From NCBI GenBank assembly GCA_023402015.1, contig JAEXCU010000013.1, forward strand, positions 59,604 through 123,603: 64,000 bases of DNA, read 5' to 3'. Both the position numbers and the translations under genes were made by a program. Source of the stretch: Pseudomonadota bacterium. Lineage in GTDB: Bacteria; Pseudomonadota; Alphaproteobacteria; Rs-D84. Below, piece after piece: positions 39,113 through 48,614 of this stretch. Below the pieces are notes generated by a model that saw only the letters and a list, made by a program, of their open reading frames with translations, searched no databases and was not told the origin of the DNA. Position 1 is the first letter of the stretch, and the number at the start of each line of letters is the position of its first letter.

Positions 39113-39509
39113 GGCGGTGTTTCCGAATGCCCCGAAAGGAAGGAAAGGAGAAAAAGAAATGGGCATTCTAAACTGTAAAAAGGGTTGGGGCCCAGAGTCC
39201 AGAGGAGAGAGAATGTAGGAGGGAGTCTGAATCCCTGAACCCCACGGGGCTTTCGCACCCGGTCATCGGGTTTAACCCCTTTGACGATTCGTAATGTAAT
39301 ACATATTTTCTTATTTGTCAAGTTATTTTGTCAAATTTTATTTTAGGCCATTTTTTTGCCGCTTTCTGGGATGGGTAAAAACGCGCAAAGCCCCGGAAAT
39401 CATAGTATTCCTAGGAAATGGTGCTTATTGTAAAAAATATCGCTGTGGAATAAAATCAAGTCAGGTAGAAATATCTACCTAGGATTTCTTAAAACAGAGG
39501 AGAGAAAAG

Positions 39510-39755
39510 ATGACACATGATGATGTGTGGCGCGCCATAGAACGTTTTGCAACAGAACATGGCATGTCTTGTTCCGGATTGGCCAAGTGCAGCGGACTGG
39601 ATCCAACCACATTTAATAAATCCAAACGGTGGTCCAAAGAAGGTCAGCCCAGATGGCCGTCAACAAACAGCATTTCAAAAATACTGTCTTCTACGGGATC
39701 CAAAATCCAAGACTTTACTAAATTTATTGATACCCCAGACCAGGGGCGTGAATAA
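39510..39755 (+). CDS. phage CI-like repressor N-terminal HTH domain protein
   Basis: DVWRAIERFATEHGMSCSGLAKCSGLDPTTFNKSKR resembles the Phage_CI_repr N-domain; AGGAGAGA RBS; upstream operator-like palindromes CCTAGG...CCTAGG. Confidence 0.45.
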   Translation: MTHDDVWRAIERFATEHGMSCSGLAKCSGLDPTTFNKSKRWSKEGQPRWPSTNSISKILSSTGSKIQDFTKFIDTPDQGRE

Positions 39756-39846
39756 ACTGTTTGTTTTGGATACATCAGACCACAACGGGAATCCGTTGTG
39801 GTCTTTTTTATAGACAACGGGTAAATCCTTTATTATTCTGGGGTAT

Positions 39847-40266
39847 ATGTTAAGTGGTATTCGTATTTATTCATCTGATGCGCTGTGGCGGCAAATACTG
39901 GGCGATTTAAACGCAACCGTCTTGGACGGGCCGGATGTTGCGGATGTAAACCTGGATACTTTGTCGTTGAAATTGCCGATTTCTGTGGTGGAATTAAAGG
40001 CCGCAATTTTGGGTGCCACGGACAACTCTAACATAATTTGCAATATATTCGGCCGTGAAATCCCATTGCCACGCCTGCAACGCCAGATTATTGTTTTGCT
40101 GTATAAAACCGGTGGAATGTCAATTGCGGATTTAAAAAACGCGTTGGGGTATTCGCCAAACACAACAACCCACACCGTGGATACAGCAATTTATCAATTG
40201 CGTAAAACGTATGGCCACAATTTTATTTTGAACAAGAATGGGATTTACAGTATTGGCCAGTTATAA
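39847..40266 (+). CDS. winged-helix DNA-binding protein (OmpR/PhoB C-terminal-type domain, no receiver)
   Basis: C-terminal SPNTTTHTVDTAIYQLRKTYGHNFI matches trans_reg_C (HTVDVHIRRLRKKL). Confidence 0.5.
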   Translation: MLSGIRIYSSDALWRQILGDLNATVLDGPDVADVNLDTLSLKLPISVVELKAAILGATDNSNIICNIFGREIPLPRLQRQIIVLLYKTGGMSIADLKNALGYSPNTTTHTVDTAIYQLRKTYGHNFILNKNGIYSIGQL

Positions 40267-40918
40267 GTTGATTTCTTTTGATAAAATCCCCAGTACACAG
40301 ACATATGCGTTGGATATGGTTGCATATGGCCAGGCATCTGACCGTACCGTCATTATGGCCGAGGCCCAAAGTGCCGGCCGGGGCCGATATAAACGGCAAT
40401 GGGTTTCACATCACGGCAACCTGTATACCAGTTTTATTTATTATATGGAAGAACGTGATCCGCGTCTGTCGTACGTGGTGGCGGTGGCGATTGTAGAAAC
40501 ACTGATATCATATGGTGTGCAACCAACAATCAAATGGCCCAATGATATCTTGGTGGATGACAAAAAAATCTGTGGCGTGTTAATTGAATATGCCGGGTCT
40601 TTTGTTGTGGTGGGAATTGGCATAAACATCAAAACAAATCCAACAGTTGAAAAATACAAAACAACAAAACTGGAAAATTATGCAAACGTGGCAAAGCCAG
40701 ATTTGCTGAACAGGTTAATGAAGAATTTAGATAAATGGATGGCGGCCGATTTTATTTCTGTGCGTGCGCGATGGATGGAATTGGCAGCCGCATTAAATAA
40801 AATTGTAAAATATCGCGGCGAAGAAGTGGAACTGAACGGTATAAATGAAAATGGTGCGTTGGTTTTACGACGTGGTTCACAATATTTCTTGGCGTATGGT
40901 GATGAAATAACGATGTAA
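40238..40918 (+). CDS. birA: biotin--[acetyl-CoA-carboxylase] ligase
   Basis: BPL motif AEAQSAGRGRYKRQWVSHHGNLYTS; no N-terminal HTH (group I BirA). Confidence 0.8.
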   Translation: MGFTVLASYKLISFDKIPSTQTYALDMVAYGQASDRTVIMAEAQSAGRGRYKRQWVSHHGNLYTSFIYYMEERDPRLSYVVAVAIVETLISYGVQPTIKWPNDILVDDKKICGVLIEYAGSFVVVGIGINIKTNPTVEKYKTTKLENYANVAKPDLLNRLMKNLDKWMAADFISVRARWMELAAALNKIVKYRGEEVELNGINENGALVLRRGSQYFLAYGDEITM

Positions 40919-41087
40919 AAATGGCGGATTTGTGCATATTACAAAATAACGGCTTGACTTTTATCGCGAATTATGATATTATATTTATATAAACAGTAAA
41001 GATTGTACCCACACCACGGTGTGGTTTTTTTTATTTCATTTTGGCCGCATTTTTATGCGGCCTGTTTTATTTAAAAGGATTGTTCGC

Positions 41088-41501
41088 ATGCAATTAAAAT
41101 TGATAAAAAATCCTGATGAAAACAGGGGCATAATTTATAAAATCGCGCGCGTAATATATACCGAAACATCTGCATCATCCCTGATTGCGGTTGAGGCATT
41201 GGCTGCGATGATTGCAAATCGCAGTGCGGCATTAAACCAATCGCCCATGGAAATTATCAATGATTGTGATTTATTTGAATCAAACAATCCCAAATCACCA
41301 CGACATAAACCAACGTCATCGGTGGATGTTAATTCGCGCGGTTTTTGTATGTGTTTGCGGGTTGTGCGACGCATGATGAATTCTGCGCTGGATGATGTAT
41401 GTAATGGTGCGACCATGTTTCATCACAGTGATTGCATGCCACAGTGGGCCGCGGCGCGTGGATATATCGCAGACATTGACGGGTTATTATTTTATGCATA
41501 G
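41088..41501 (+). CDS. cell-wall hydrolase, SleB/CwlJ (Hydrolase_2) family; putative endolysin
   Basis: ATG 41088 after AAAAGGA; IARVIYTETSASSLIAVEALAAMIANRSA ... MFHHSDCMPQWA, the Hydrolase_2 pattern. Confidence 0.65.
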   Translation: MQLKLIKNPDENRGIIYKIARVIYTETSASSLIAVEALAAMIANRSAALNQSPMEIINDCDLFESNNPKSPRHKPTSSVDVNSRGFCMCLRVVRRMMNSALDDVCNGATMFHHSDCMPQWAAARGYIADIDGLLFYA

Positions 41502-41733
41502 GGGGGCGTTGGTGAAAAAAATAATCAGCGGCGGATTCTTGGCAGGGCGCAGAACGTATGTGATATCTGCTGTTGGAATACTGTCGGCGGTGGGCGCATA
41601 TCTGGTGGGGGACACAGATATATTTACGATGTTGCAGGCAATCTTTACATTGGGTGGAATATATTTTCTGCGAAAATCAAGCCAAACAAAAGGAAGCGAA
41701 AATGGAAAAAATCCCAGAAAAATTTCTGAATGA
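41494..41733 (+). CDS. putative class II holin
   Basis: 79 aa, two TM helices (VISAVGILSAVGAYLV, FTMLQAIFTLGGIYFL), K/R-rich C-tail; ATG overlaps hydrolase stop (ATGCATAG); overlaps scaffold gene start by about 30 nt. Confidence 0.45.
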   Translation: MHRGALVKKIISGGFLAGRRTYVISAVGILSAVGAYLVGDTDIFTMLQAIFTLGGIYFLRKSSQTKGSENGKNPRKISE

Positions 41734-42358
41734 AGATGGCACATTAAATGCCGCGGCATTAATGAAGTCTTATTCAGAATTGGAAAAGAAAATTGGAACG
41801 ATGATTTCTGTGCCGGGTGATGATGCCGATGATGCATCACGTGAAAAATTTAAACGTGCAATTGGTGTACCGACATCACCGGATGAATATCCAACCAATG
41901 CAATATTTGATGACGATTCTGTTCGTCAAAAATTTCATGAAATTGGATTAACTGCAACCCAGGTTGAAAAAATTTATCAAATCGCCGAAGAATTTTTATC
42001 ACCTGTGCTGACAGAATTGTTCACAACGCAAAACGAAACAGGTGCGATGTCTGAATTAAAAAGTTTCTTTGGTGGTGAAGAAAAAATGAACGAAGCGTTG
42101 CATGCAATTGCCGCGTTCGGCCAACAGTTTTTACCCCATGATGCATTTGATGCATTATGCGCCACACCCCAGGGAATCCAAAGCGTTTACAACATGATGC
42201 AATCAATGGAACCACATGTTGAAACAGATAAAAATGCAGTTGAAAATTTAACAGATAATGATTTACGACGCATGATGCAGGACCCAAAATATTGGCGCGA
42301 CAAAGATCCAGAATACGTTCGCAAGATTGAAAGCGGATTTAAAAAATTATATTCGTAA
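41702..42358 (+). CDS. T7 gp9-like capsid scaffolding protein
   Basis: C-terminus MMQDPKYWRDKDPEYVRKIESGF aligns with T7 gp9 C-terminus AMSDPRYRTDANYRRQVEQKVIDSNF; acidic body; AAAGGAAG RBS. Confidence 0.65.
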   Translation: MEKIPEKFLNEDGTLNAAALMKSYSELEKKIGTMISVPGDDADDASREKFKRAIGVPTSPDEYPTNAIFDDDSVRQKFHEIGLTATQVEKIYQIAEEFLSPVLTELFTTQNETGAMSELKSFFGGEEKMNEALHAIAAFGQQFLPHDAFDALCATPQGIQSVYNMMQSMEPHVETDKNAVENLTDNDLRRMMQDPKYWRDKDPEYVRKIESGFKKLYS

Positions 42359-42458
42359 ATAAAATGCACTTTCTCCTTTACTAATTTTTATGTTTCCGAT
42401 AAAATATAAATCAAGAACAAAAAAATTTGTTCTATCCAAAAAATAAAAGGAGAGAAGA

Positions 42459-42716
42459 ATGGCATTCACATTCTTGAAGCCAGCCGCAAAGAAAACAGCT
42501 GCGAAAAAGCCAGCTGCGAAACCGGCCGCAAAAAAACCAGTTGCTAAAAAAGCACCTGCGAAAAAAGTTGCTGCTAAACCAGCCGCAAAGAAACCAGTTG
42601 CAAAAAAAGCAGCCGTAAAAAAACCGGTTGCCAAAAAAGCACCTGTGAAAAAAGTTGCTGCGAAACCAGCGGCAAAAAAGACAGTTGCCAAAAAAGCACC
42701 TGCAAAAAGAAAATAA
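42459..42716 (+). CDS. histone H1-like lysine/alanine-rich DNA-binding protein
   Basis: Tandem (P)AAKKPVAKKA repeats, 85 aa, GGAGAGAAGAATG RBS, terminator at 42721-42750. Confidence 0.65.
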   Translation: MAFTFLKPAAKKTAAKKPAAKPAAKKPVAKKAPAKKVAAKPAAKKPVAKKAAVKKPVAKKAPVKKVAAKPAAKKTVAKKAPAKRK

Positions 42717-42988
42717 TATAATCCCGCGTTTGCGGGATTTTTTCTTGTAATGCCCGGATAATCCCCCGGGCATTTTTATTTAAAAAAGTTTCAGTCTGAT
42801 AAGGCAACCCCCAGTCCGACTGAAATTTTTTTTTGGGACAATCCCGCGTGGACCCCGTGTTTTGTTTCATGGCGCACAATATGCATAACCAAAAAACAAA
42901 ATTTTAATCGGCATGCATTGACGCATCAATCACCGATGCGCGTTTTTATATCGCATGTCTGTTTTCATTTTTAACCAAAGGAATATGT

Positions 42989-43828
42989 ATGTCTGTTTCC
43001 ATAGATAACGTCTTCGTGAAACAATTTGAAGCCGACGTCCATTTGGCATACCAACAAATGGGCACAAAATTGCGCGCAACCGTGCGCAGCAAAACCGGTG
43101 TTGTGGGTGCATCCACGACCTTTCAAAAGGTTGGGCGCGGCACCGCCAGCACTAAATCACGTCATGGCATTGTGCCGGTGATGAATTTAAACCATGAACC
43201 TGTGGAATGTCTGTTGCAGGATTATTATGCGGGTGATTGGGTTGATGCATTAGATGAATTAAAAATAAACATAGACGAACGTCGTGTTGTGGCATCTGCG
43301 GGTGCGTATGCATTGGGACGTAAAACCGATGAATTGATTATCGCCGCCATGAATGGTGCAACCGCAACCGTTGGTGATTATTCAACCGGCCTGACCAAGA
43401 ATTTGATTTTGTCCGCCGTTGAAACGCTGAATTCCAAAGATGTTCCAGATGACGGCCGCAGATTCGCGGTTGTTGGGGTGCATCAGTGGAATGAATTATT
43501 GTCATTGGATGAATTTGTTTCCGCCGATTACATTGGCGACGATTTGCCATTGGTAAATGGTGGCGCATCAAAAAAATGGTTGGGGATTACATGGTTGTTG
43601 CATAACGATTTGCCGGTTAATTCTAATAAACGTGATTGCTTTATTTACCATGCCAGCAGCATTGGGCACGCATGTGGCCAAGATGTCAAAACAGATATTT
43701 CTTGGCATGGTGAACGCGCCGCGCATTTTATCAGCAACAGCATGTCCCAGGGTGCAGTTCTGATAGATAGCGACGGTATCGTTCGCGTTAAATGCAGCGA
43801 TGTGGATGCAACAAAATCAAATGAATAA
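42989..43828 (+). CDS. putative major capsid protein (by position after scaffold)
   Basis: 279 aa, strong AAAGGAATATG RBS, follows the gp9-like scaffold as gp10 does in T7; no direct motif. Confidence 0.45.
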   Translation: MSVSIDNVFVKQFEADVHLAYQQMGTKLRATVRSKTGVVGASTTFQKVGRGTASTKSRHGIVPVMNLNHEPVECLLQDYYAGDWVDALDELKINIDERRVVASAGAYALGRKTDELIIAAMNGATATVGDYSTGLTKNLILSAVETLNSKDVPDDGRRFAVVGVHQWNELLSLDEFVSADYIGDDLPLVNGGASKKWLGITWLLHNDLPVNSNKRDCFIYHASSIGHACGQDVKTDISWHGERAAHFISNSMSQGAVLIDSDGIVRVKCSDVDATKSNE

Positions 43829-43839
43829 AAGGATAATAC

Positions 43840-44070
43840 ATGGCGTTTCAAAATAAAAACCTGTCTGTAATTGCATATGCCAATGGATTTACATTATGGC
43901 ACTATGCGGCGAACGAAACAATGGCAACAATCAGTGCCAGTGGATATTTTAACAGTGTTAAAACGCTGATGAATGTTGGGGATATTGTAATCATCAATGC
44001 ATCTGACAATACGTCCATTAAAAAGGTTGGCATCACATCTGGCAATATTACGGTTGCGGCGCTGGCATAA
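43840..44070 (+). CDS. small virion-associated protein (putative)
   Basis: 76 aa ORF tightly packed after capsid gene. Confidence 0.4.
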   Translation: MAFQNKNLSVIAYANGFTLWHYAANETMATISASGYFNSVKTLMNVGDIVIINASDNTSIKKVGITSGNITVAALA

Positions 44071-44137
44071 AAAATACTGATGTTTAATATCGGGCCACAT
44101 TTTGTGGTCCGATTTTTATAAAAGATAAGGGCACAAT

Positions 44138-44656
44138 ATGCTGACGAAAATAGATTTATGTTCAATGGCATTACTGAAATTGGGCGAAAAACCAATTCAA
44201 TCTTTGATAGATGATAATGCCGCCGCGCAATTGGCACGAACGCTGTTTGACCCGGTTATGGATGCACTGATTGCATCACACCCATGGCGATTTGCGTGTA
44301 AATCGTATGATTTGATTAAAAATGCAGATGGTGATTTTTTGATACCGGCCGATTGCCTGCGCGTTGTGAAATGTAATGGCGAAATCATTGGCAACAGAAT
44401 TGTGGCGCGCGACGATGCTATTACGATACTGGCCGTAAATCGCGTTCCGGTTGAATCATATCCGGGGTATTTTGTATCCCTGGCGGCAACCAAATTGGCG
44501 ATGGAATTTTGTATTCCATTGATTGGTGAACAAACGGTATTTCGTATGTTGGCCGCATTATACGAAGATGAACTGCAATCTGCCAAATTCATAGACAGCA
44601 CCACATCCGTTGCACGCGACATAGAAAACTTTTCATTAATTAACGCACGTTTTTAA
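44138..44656 (+). CDS. putative tail/adaptor protein (position of T7 gp11)
   Basis: 172 aa; synteny only. Confidence 0.35.
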   Translation: MLTKIDLCSMALLKLGEKPIQSLIDDNAAAQLARTLFDPVMDALIASHPWRFACKSYDLIKNADGDFLIPADCLRVVKCNGEIIGNRIVARDDAITILAVNRVPVESYPGYFVSLAATKLAMEFCIPLIGEQTVFRMLAALYEDELQSAKFIDSTTSVARDIENFSLINARF

Positions 44657-46383
44657 TGGGGGAAATCATGGGAAATTTTATTAAAACACAAAATTCTTTT
44701 GCAGATGGCGAAGTGGCCCCGGAATTTTATGCCCGCGACAATATAAATGGATTATCCCGATTGGAAAATATGGACGTGCTGGCCGGTGGCGGATTAAAAA
44801 GACGCGCCGGTTTGGAACATGTTGCGGGTTTAAATTCTTATGCGCGCCTGATACCATTTTCTGTGGGCGAAGACGACGATTACCTGTTGGCATTGACCGG
44901 CGGTCATATATTGGTTTTTCACGACGGCGTTCAAATCCAGGATATTTTATGCGTGTGGCCGGCGGCGGCATTGGACAACCTGCAATATGCCCAGCGTTTC
45001 GGTACAATGATATTTGTACATCCCGACTATCAGCCATATGTTTTGAAAAAAACAGGTTCGCAATTCACAATATCTAAATTTAATTTTGCGATAAATGAAA
45101 ATGATATGTCGGTAAACATTCCGTTTATACGGTTTGATGACGCCAGTGGCATAAACATTACAATTTCGTCAAACAGTTTGGGTGGAAATTATGCAACATT
45201 TACAACCAACAAAGATTTTTGGACATCTGATAATGTTGGCACGCGATTGTTGTTATTAAACAAGCAATGGCGCATTGTGCAATATGTCAGTCCAACCGTC
45301 GTTTATGTATATTGTAATGGGCAATTCACAATACCGTCCGCCGCAGTGTCTGATTGGTCTGAATCCGCATTCAGTGAACGTCGTGGATGGCCATGCAGTA
45401 TAACATTTCACCAAGACAGATTGGTTTTTGGCGGTTCGCGTTCATACCCCAGTGGTGTTTGGTTGTCCCAGGTGGGACGTCATGATAATTTCAGTGTCGG
45501 CACCGGTCTGGATGACGAGGCAATATTTATAACCCTGTTGTCGCAACAGCGCCAGCAGATTTGTACCGTGGTCAGCAGCGATAACCTGCAAATTCTGACG
45601 TCTGTGGGTGAATGGGCAATTTCCAGTAAACCATTAACACCGTCTATGGTGGATATAAAACAACATACCGCCGTTGGCAGTGTGGCATCACGATATTTAC
45701 CGCCCCAGAAAATAGAAGGCGCCACAGTTTTTATTTCAGGCAGTAAAAAAGACATACGCGAATTAAGTCTGGATGAACTGGGGGAAAATTATAATGCGTC
45801 TGATTTATGCAGTTTTGCGAAACACTTAATGCAAAATCCCATAGACATCGCATACAACCAACAACGGCGACAATTGTTTGTTGTAATGGCGTCTGGCGAC
45901 ATGGCGGTATTAAACCAAAATTCGTCATTGGGAATATCTGCATGGGGGTCATATAAAACCCAGGGCAATTTTAAATCCGTTGCGGTTATTGCGGGGGAAA
46001 CATTTGTGGTGGTTGAACGCGGCGGCGAATTTGCATTGGAAAAATTTTCAGATTCGGCGTTAACAGATTCGGGCAACCGTGGTTTTTCGTTTGCCGCATC
46101 GGCGTTGCCGCTGCGTGGGTCAGGGCATAATGCGTCATTAATGCGCATTCGCAAAATTACTGCGCGGGTAATAAATACAAAAACACTGTTTATAAATGAA
46201 ATGCGTGCGTCATTGCCAAATGAAATATATACACCTGATTTGCCGGGATTCAGCGGGGATGCAGGTATAAATTTACTGGGGTGTCAGCGCAACTGTATCC
46301 AATCGCCATGGACAATCCAAAGCAGTGAACCATTACCGGCGACAGTACTGTCAATAACGGTGTATGGGTATTATATGGTTTAA
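44656..46383 (+). CDS. putative tail tubular/nozzle protein (position of T7 gp12)
   Basis: 575 aa; start overlaps upstream stop; synteny only. Confidence 0.35.
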   Translation: MGEIMGNFIKTQNSFADGEVAPEFYARDNINGLSRLENMDVLAGGGLKRRAGLEHVAGLNSYARLIPFSVGEDDDYLLALTGGHILVFHDGVQIQDILCVWPAAALDNLQYAQRFGTMIFVHPDYQPYVLKKTGSQFTISKFNFAINENDMSVNIPFIRFDDASGINITISSNSLGGNYATFTTNKDFWTSDNVGTRLLLLNKQWRIVQYVSPTVVYVYCNGQFTIPSAAVSDWSESAFSERRGWPCSITFHQDRLVFGGSRSYPSGVWLSQVGRHDNFSVGTGLDDEAIFITLLSQQRQQICTVVSSDNLQILTSVGEWAISSKPLTPSMVDIKQHTAVGSVASRYLPPQKIEGATVFISGSKKDIRELSLDELGENYNASDLCSFAKHLMQNPIDIAYNQQRRQLFVVMASGDMAVLNQNSSLGISAWGSYKTQGNFKSVAVIAGETFVVVERGGEFALEKFSDSALTDSGNRGFSFAASALPLRGSGHNASLMRIRKITARVINTKTLFINEMRASLPNEIYTPDLPGFSGDAGINLLGCQRNCIQSPWTIQSSEPLPATVLSITVYGYYMV

Positions 46384-46405
46384 TTTTTAACAATGGGGGA
46401 AAAAT

Positions 46406-46753
46406 ATGGGACAAATTGTTTCGGATGTAACATCCATTTTGGATTATAAAAAAGAAAAGAAAGAGGCCAAAAACGAAAGACAAAAAATCTTGGCTGAAAT
46501 GGCGGAAAATGAAAAGACAAAAACCAACCTGGTGAAAAAGGCTTTGGCGGCACAACGTGCCAAATATGGTGCGTCGGGGATGTCAAACCGCGGCATGACC
46601 GAAGGCGCCGTTTTAAAACGTTTAAAGAACGAAACAGAACAACCGTACAATGAAAAACGAAATGCCAGTTTGGAAAAATTAAGAAAAATAAAAGTAAATA
46701 AACCAAATCTATTGAAATCTTTGTTAAGCAGATTTGACGATTTGGTCGGTTGA
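46406..46753 (+). CDS. lysine-rich coiled-coil virion protein (putative)
   Basis: 115 aa, GGGGGAAAAATATG RBS. Confidence 0.4.
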   Translation: MGQIVSDVTSILDYKKEKKEAKNERQKILAEMAENEKTKTNLVKKALAAQRAKYGASGMSNRGMTEGAVLKRLKNETEQPYNEKRNASLEKLRKIKVNKPNLLKSLLSRFDDLVG

Positions 46754-46768
46754 TATAGGGGCACAGAT

Positions 46769-47317
46769 ATGCATAAAATTTCATATACCGGTGATGGCGA
46801 AACGAATGAATACCTGTTTGCTTTTCCATTTTTTCAGACGGGCGATGTGCGCGTTGCATTGAATAATGTTGTTCAGGATGCATCCAAATACAGTGTGATT
46901 GCCAACGAAGATTTTACCGGCGGCACCGTGGTTTTTCCGGCCCCGGTTGATACAGGCATTCAGATTGATATCTTTCGCCAGGTGTCTTTGACCCGTGTTG
47001 TTGATTATCAACCCACCGCCAAGATTGATCCAGAAAATCTGAACAGCGATTTTAATTTTTTATTGGCGGCGTTTCAGGACCTGCATGCGGTTGATATAGA
47101 CCTGGCCGAATGGGCGAATACACACGACAATGTGTTATCTTTTCTGCAATATAATTTACAGGTAATACAAGATAAACTGTCGGGTGGGTCGGTTATGGGG
47201 CTGTATCGTAATTTATTAACTGTGTTGGACAGTGCGTTGCCCACGTTGATAAATGATTATGGTTCCATTAACGAACCGGCGCCGGGTGAAAACAGTGATG
47301 ACTACGGCGTTTTATAA
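46769..47317 (+). CDS. tail fibre protein, T7 gp17 N-terminal (tail-attachment) domain only
   Basis: MHKISYTGDGETNEYLFAFPFFQTGDVRVALNNV... parallels T7 gp17 N-terminus (YQLDGSNRDFNIPFEYLARKFVVVTL); only 182 aa, no distal fibre domain. Confidence 0.6.
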   Translation: MHKISYTGDGETNEYLFAFPFFQTGDVRVALNNVVQDASKYSVIANEDFTGGTVVFPAPVDTGIQIDIFRQVSLTRVVDYQPTAKIDPENLNSDFNFLLAAFQDLHAVDIDLAEWANTHDNVLSFLQYNLQVIQDKLSGGSVMGLYRNLLTVLDSALPTLINDYGSINEPAPGENSDDYGVL

Positions 47318-47900
47318 TTTCTTGGATGAATGGAATGCATTGATTGGCATGAAAACGCCGGAACACCACCGTAAAATAATGGAATTTTTGGTGGCAACGT
47401 TAAATGATGCGCCGCATCGTGGGTTGCTGATGGCGTTTCGTCATTCGGGAAAATCAACCGTTGTGGGAATCTTTGCGGCATGCGTGTTATATTTGCATCC
47501 GGAAACCAGAATATTAATTCTGTCCGCGGAAAGCCGTTTGGCTGCACGCATGGTTGCGCATATTCGTCATATTTTGGAAAACCATCCGCGATGCAGTGAA
47601 ATGGTTCCCACAATAAAAAAAGAATGGGCGTCAGGACGCATCACAATCAATCGGCCGATTGGAATTCGCGAACCGTCCGTCGTATGCCAGGGTGTACATG
47701 GAAATATAACCGGTTTGCGCGCGGATTTAATTATTTGCGATGACGTAGAGGTTCCAAATACAACCAATACGGCACAAAAACGGGAAAACCTGCGGGAAAG
47801 GTTGCGGGAATTGGATTTTATATTATCACCCACCGGCACAATGATTTACATTGGTACGCCGCACACAACAGATACGATTTATCGTACAACGGAAAAGTAA
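47298..47900 (+). CDS. terminase large subunit, N-terminal ATPase fragment
   Basis: Walker A FRHSGKST, Walker B LIICDDVE, motif III-like YIGTPHT; ends abruptly after the ATPase core. Confidence 0.65.
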   Translation: MTTAFYNFLDEWNALIGMKTPEHHRKIMEFLVATLNDAPHRGLLMAFRHSGKSTVVGIFAACVLYLHPETRILILSAESRLAARMVAHIRHILENHPRCSEMVPTIKKEWASGRITINRPIGIREPSVVCQGVHGNITGLRADLIICDDVEVPNTTNTAQKRENLRERLRELDFILSPTGTMIYIGTPHTTDTIYRTTEK

Positions 47901-48581
47901 TTAAATTGATGTCGGTGCATCCGGTGCGTTGTCCGTGTCATACTGATCGCGGGTGCTGATAAATGTGCGCAGTTTGCCCAACAATTCTGTGCCTGCGTCG
48001 CCAAACATCGGCAGGTATGTTTCATATTCGGGCATGTCTGCCTGTAATTGCGCGCGCGCGCGTTCGGACAGTGGCTGATTTAACATATCACTGGCAACCT
48101 TCCACAGGAAATATGCCCGGTATGTTTTGGTGATGATTGACCATTTATCCAACAGGTCCGGTCGTTCCGCCAATGCGGCGCGTATTGCGACAATCCATTC
48201 ATCGCCAAATTTTTTAATAACGGGTAATTCCTGGATTTGGTCCAGGCCTGCCTGGTCGGGGGTAAATGCGTTAATACCGTTTTCCAATTCAGTCCATTCA
48301 GACGGCAATAATGGTACCGTTGCAACGGTTTCGGCCATCATGCCACCATATGGCAATAAATCGCGGTCAATGCTGTTCATTGGGGTTTTGCCACTGCGCA
48401 GGTTTGCAATGTGTTGAACCAAACTTTTGCCCGTGGGCAATTGTGATATTTCGTGCAGAACGTCATCATCCGCTTCGCCAATAAATATTTCATTAACAGC
48501 GGCCCAACCGCCAAATATAACGTGTTCTTGACGATACAGGTTTAATAATTTTTGTGCGACAACGCTGGCTTTTGGTTTCAT
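47901..48581 (-). CDS. hypothetical protein (last gene of dnaB-repressor module)
   Basis: 226 aa; co-directional with dnaB and repressor; function unknown. Confidence 0.45.
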   Translation of the reverse strand: MKPKASVVAQKLLNLYRQEHVIFGGWAAVNEIFIGEADDDVLHEISQLPTGKSLVQHIANLRSGKTPMNSIDRDLLPYGGMMAETVATVPLLPSEWTELENGINAFTPDQAGLDQIQELPVIKKFGDEWIVAIRAALAERPDLLDKWSIITKTYRAYFLWKVASDMLNQPLSERARAQLQADMPEYETYLPMFGDAGTELLGKLRTFISTRDQYDTDNAPDAPTSI

Positions 48582-48614
48582 TTCACAGTCCCCCCGGTTG
48601 TGATGACGAACGAA

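Noticed and set aside
39140-39300. GC-rich segment (ggttggggcccagagtccagaggagagagaatgtaggagggagtctgaatccctgaaccccacgggg) considered as tmRNA/SRP/6S RNA
   Set aside because: No tag-peptide reading frame ending ..ALAA-stop, no tRNA-like TpsiC/acceptor pairing and no SRP domain IV motif could be found. It is left unannotated.
42347-42773. Minus-strand Phe/Ala/Gly-rich ORFs
   Set aside because: They are antisense translations of the AKKP tandem-repeat gene.
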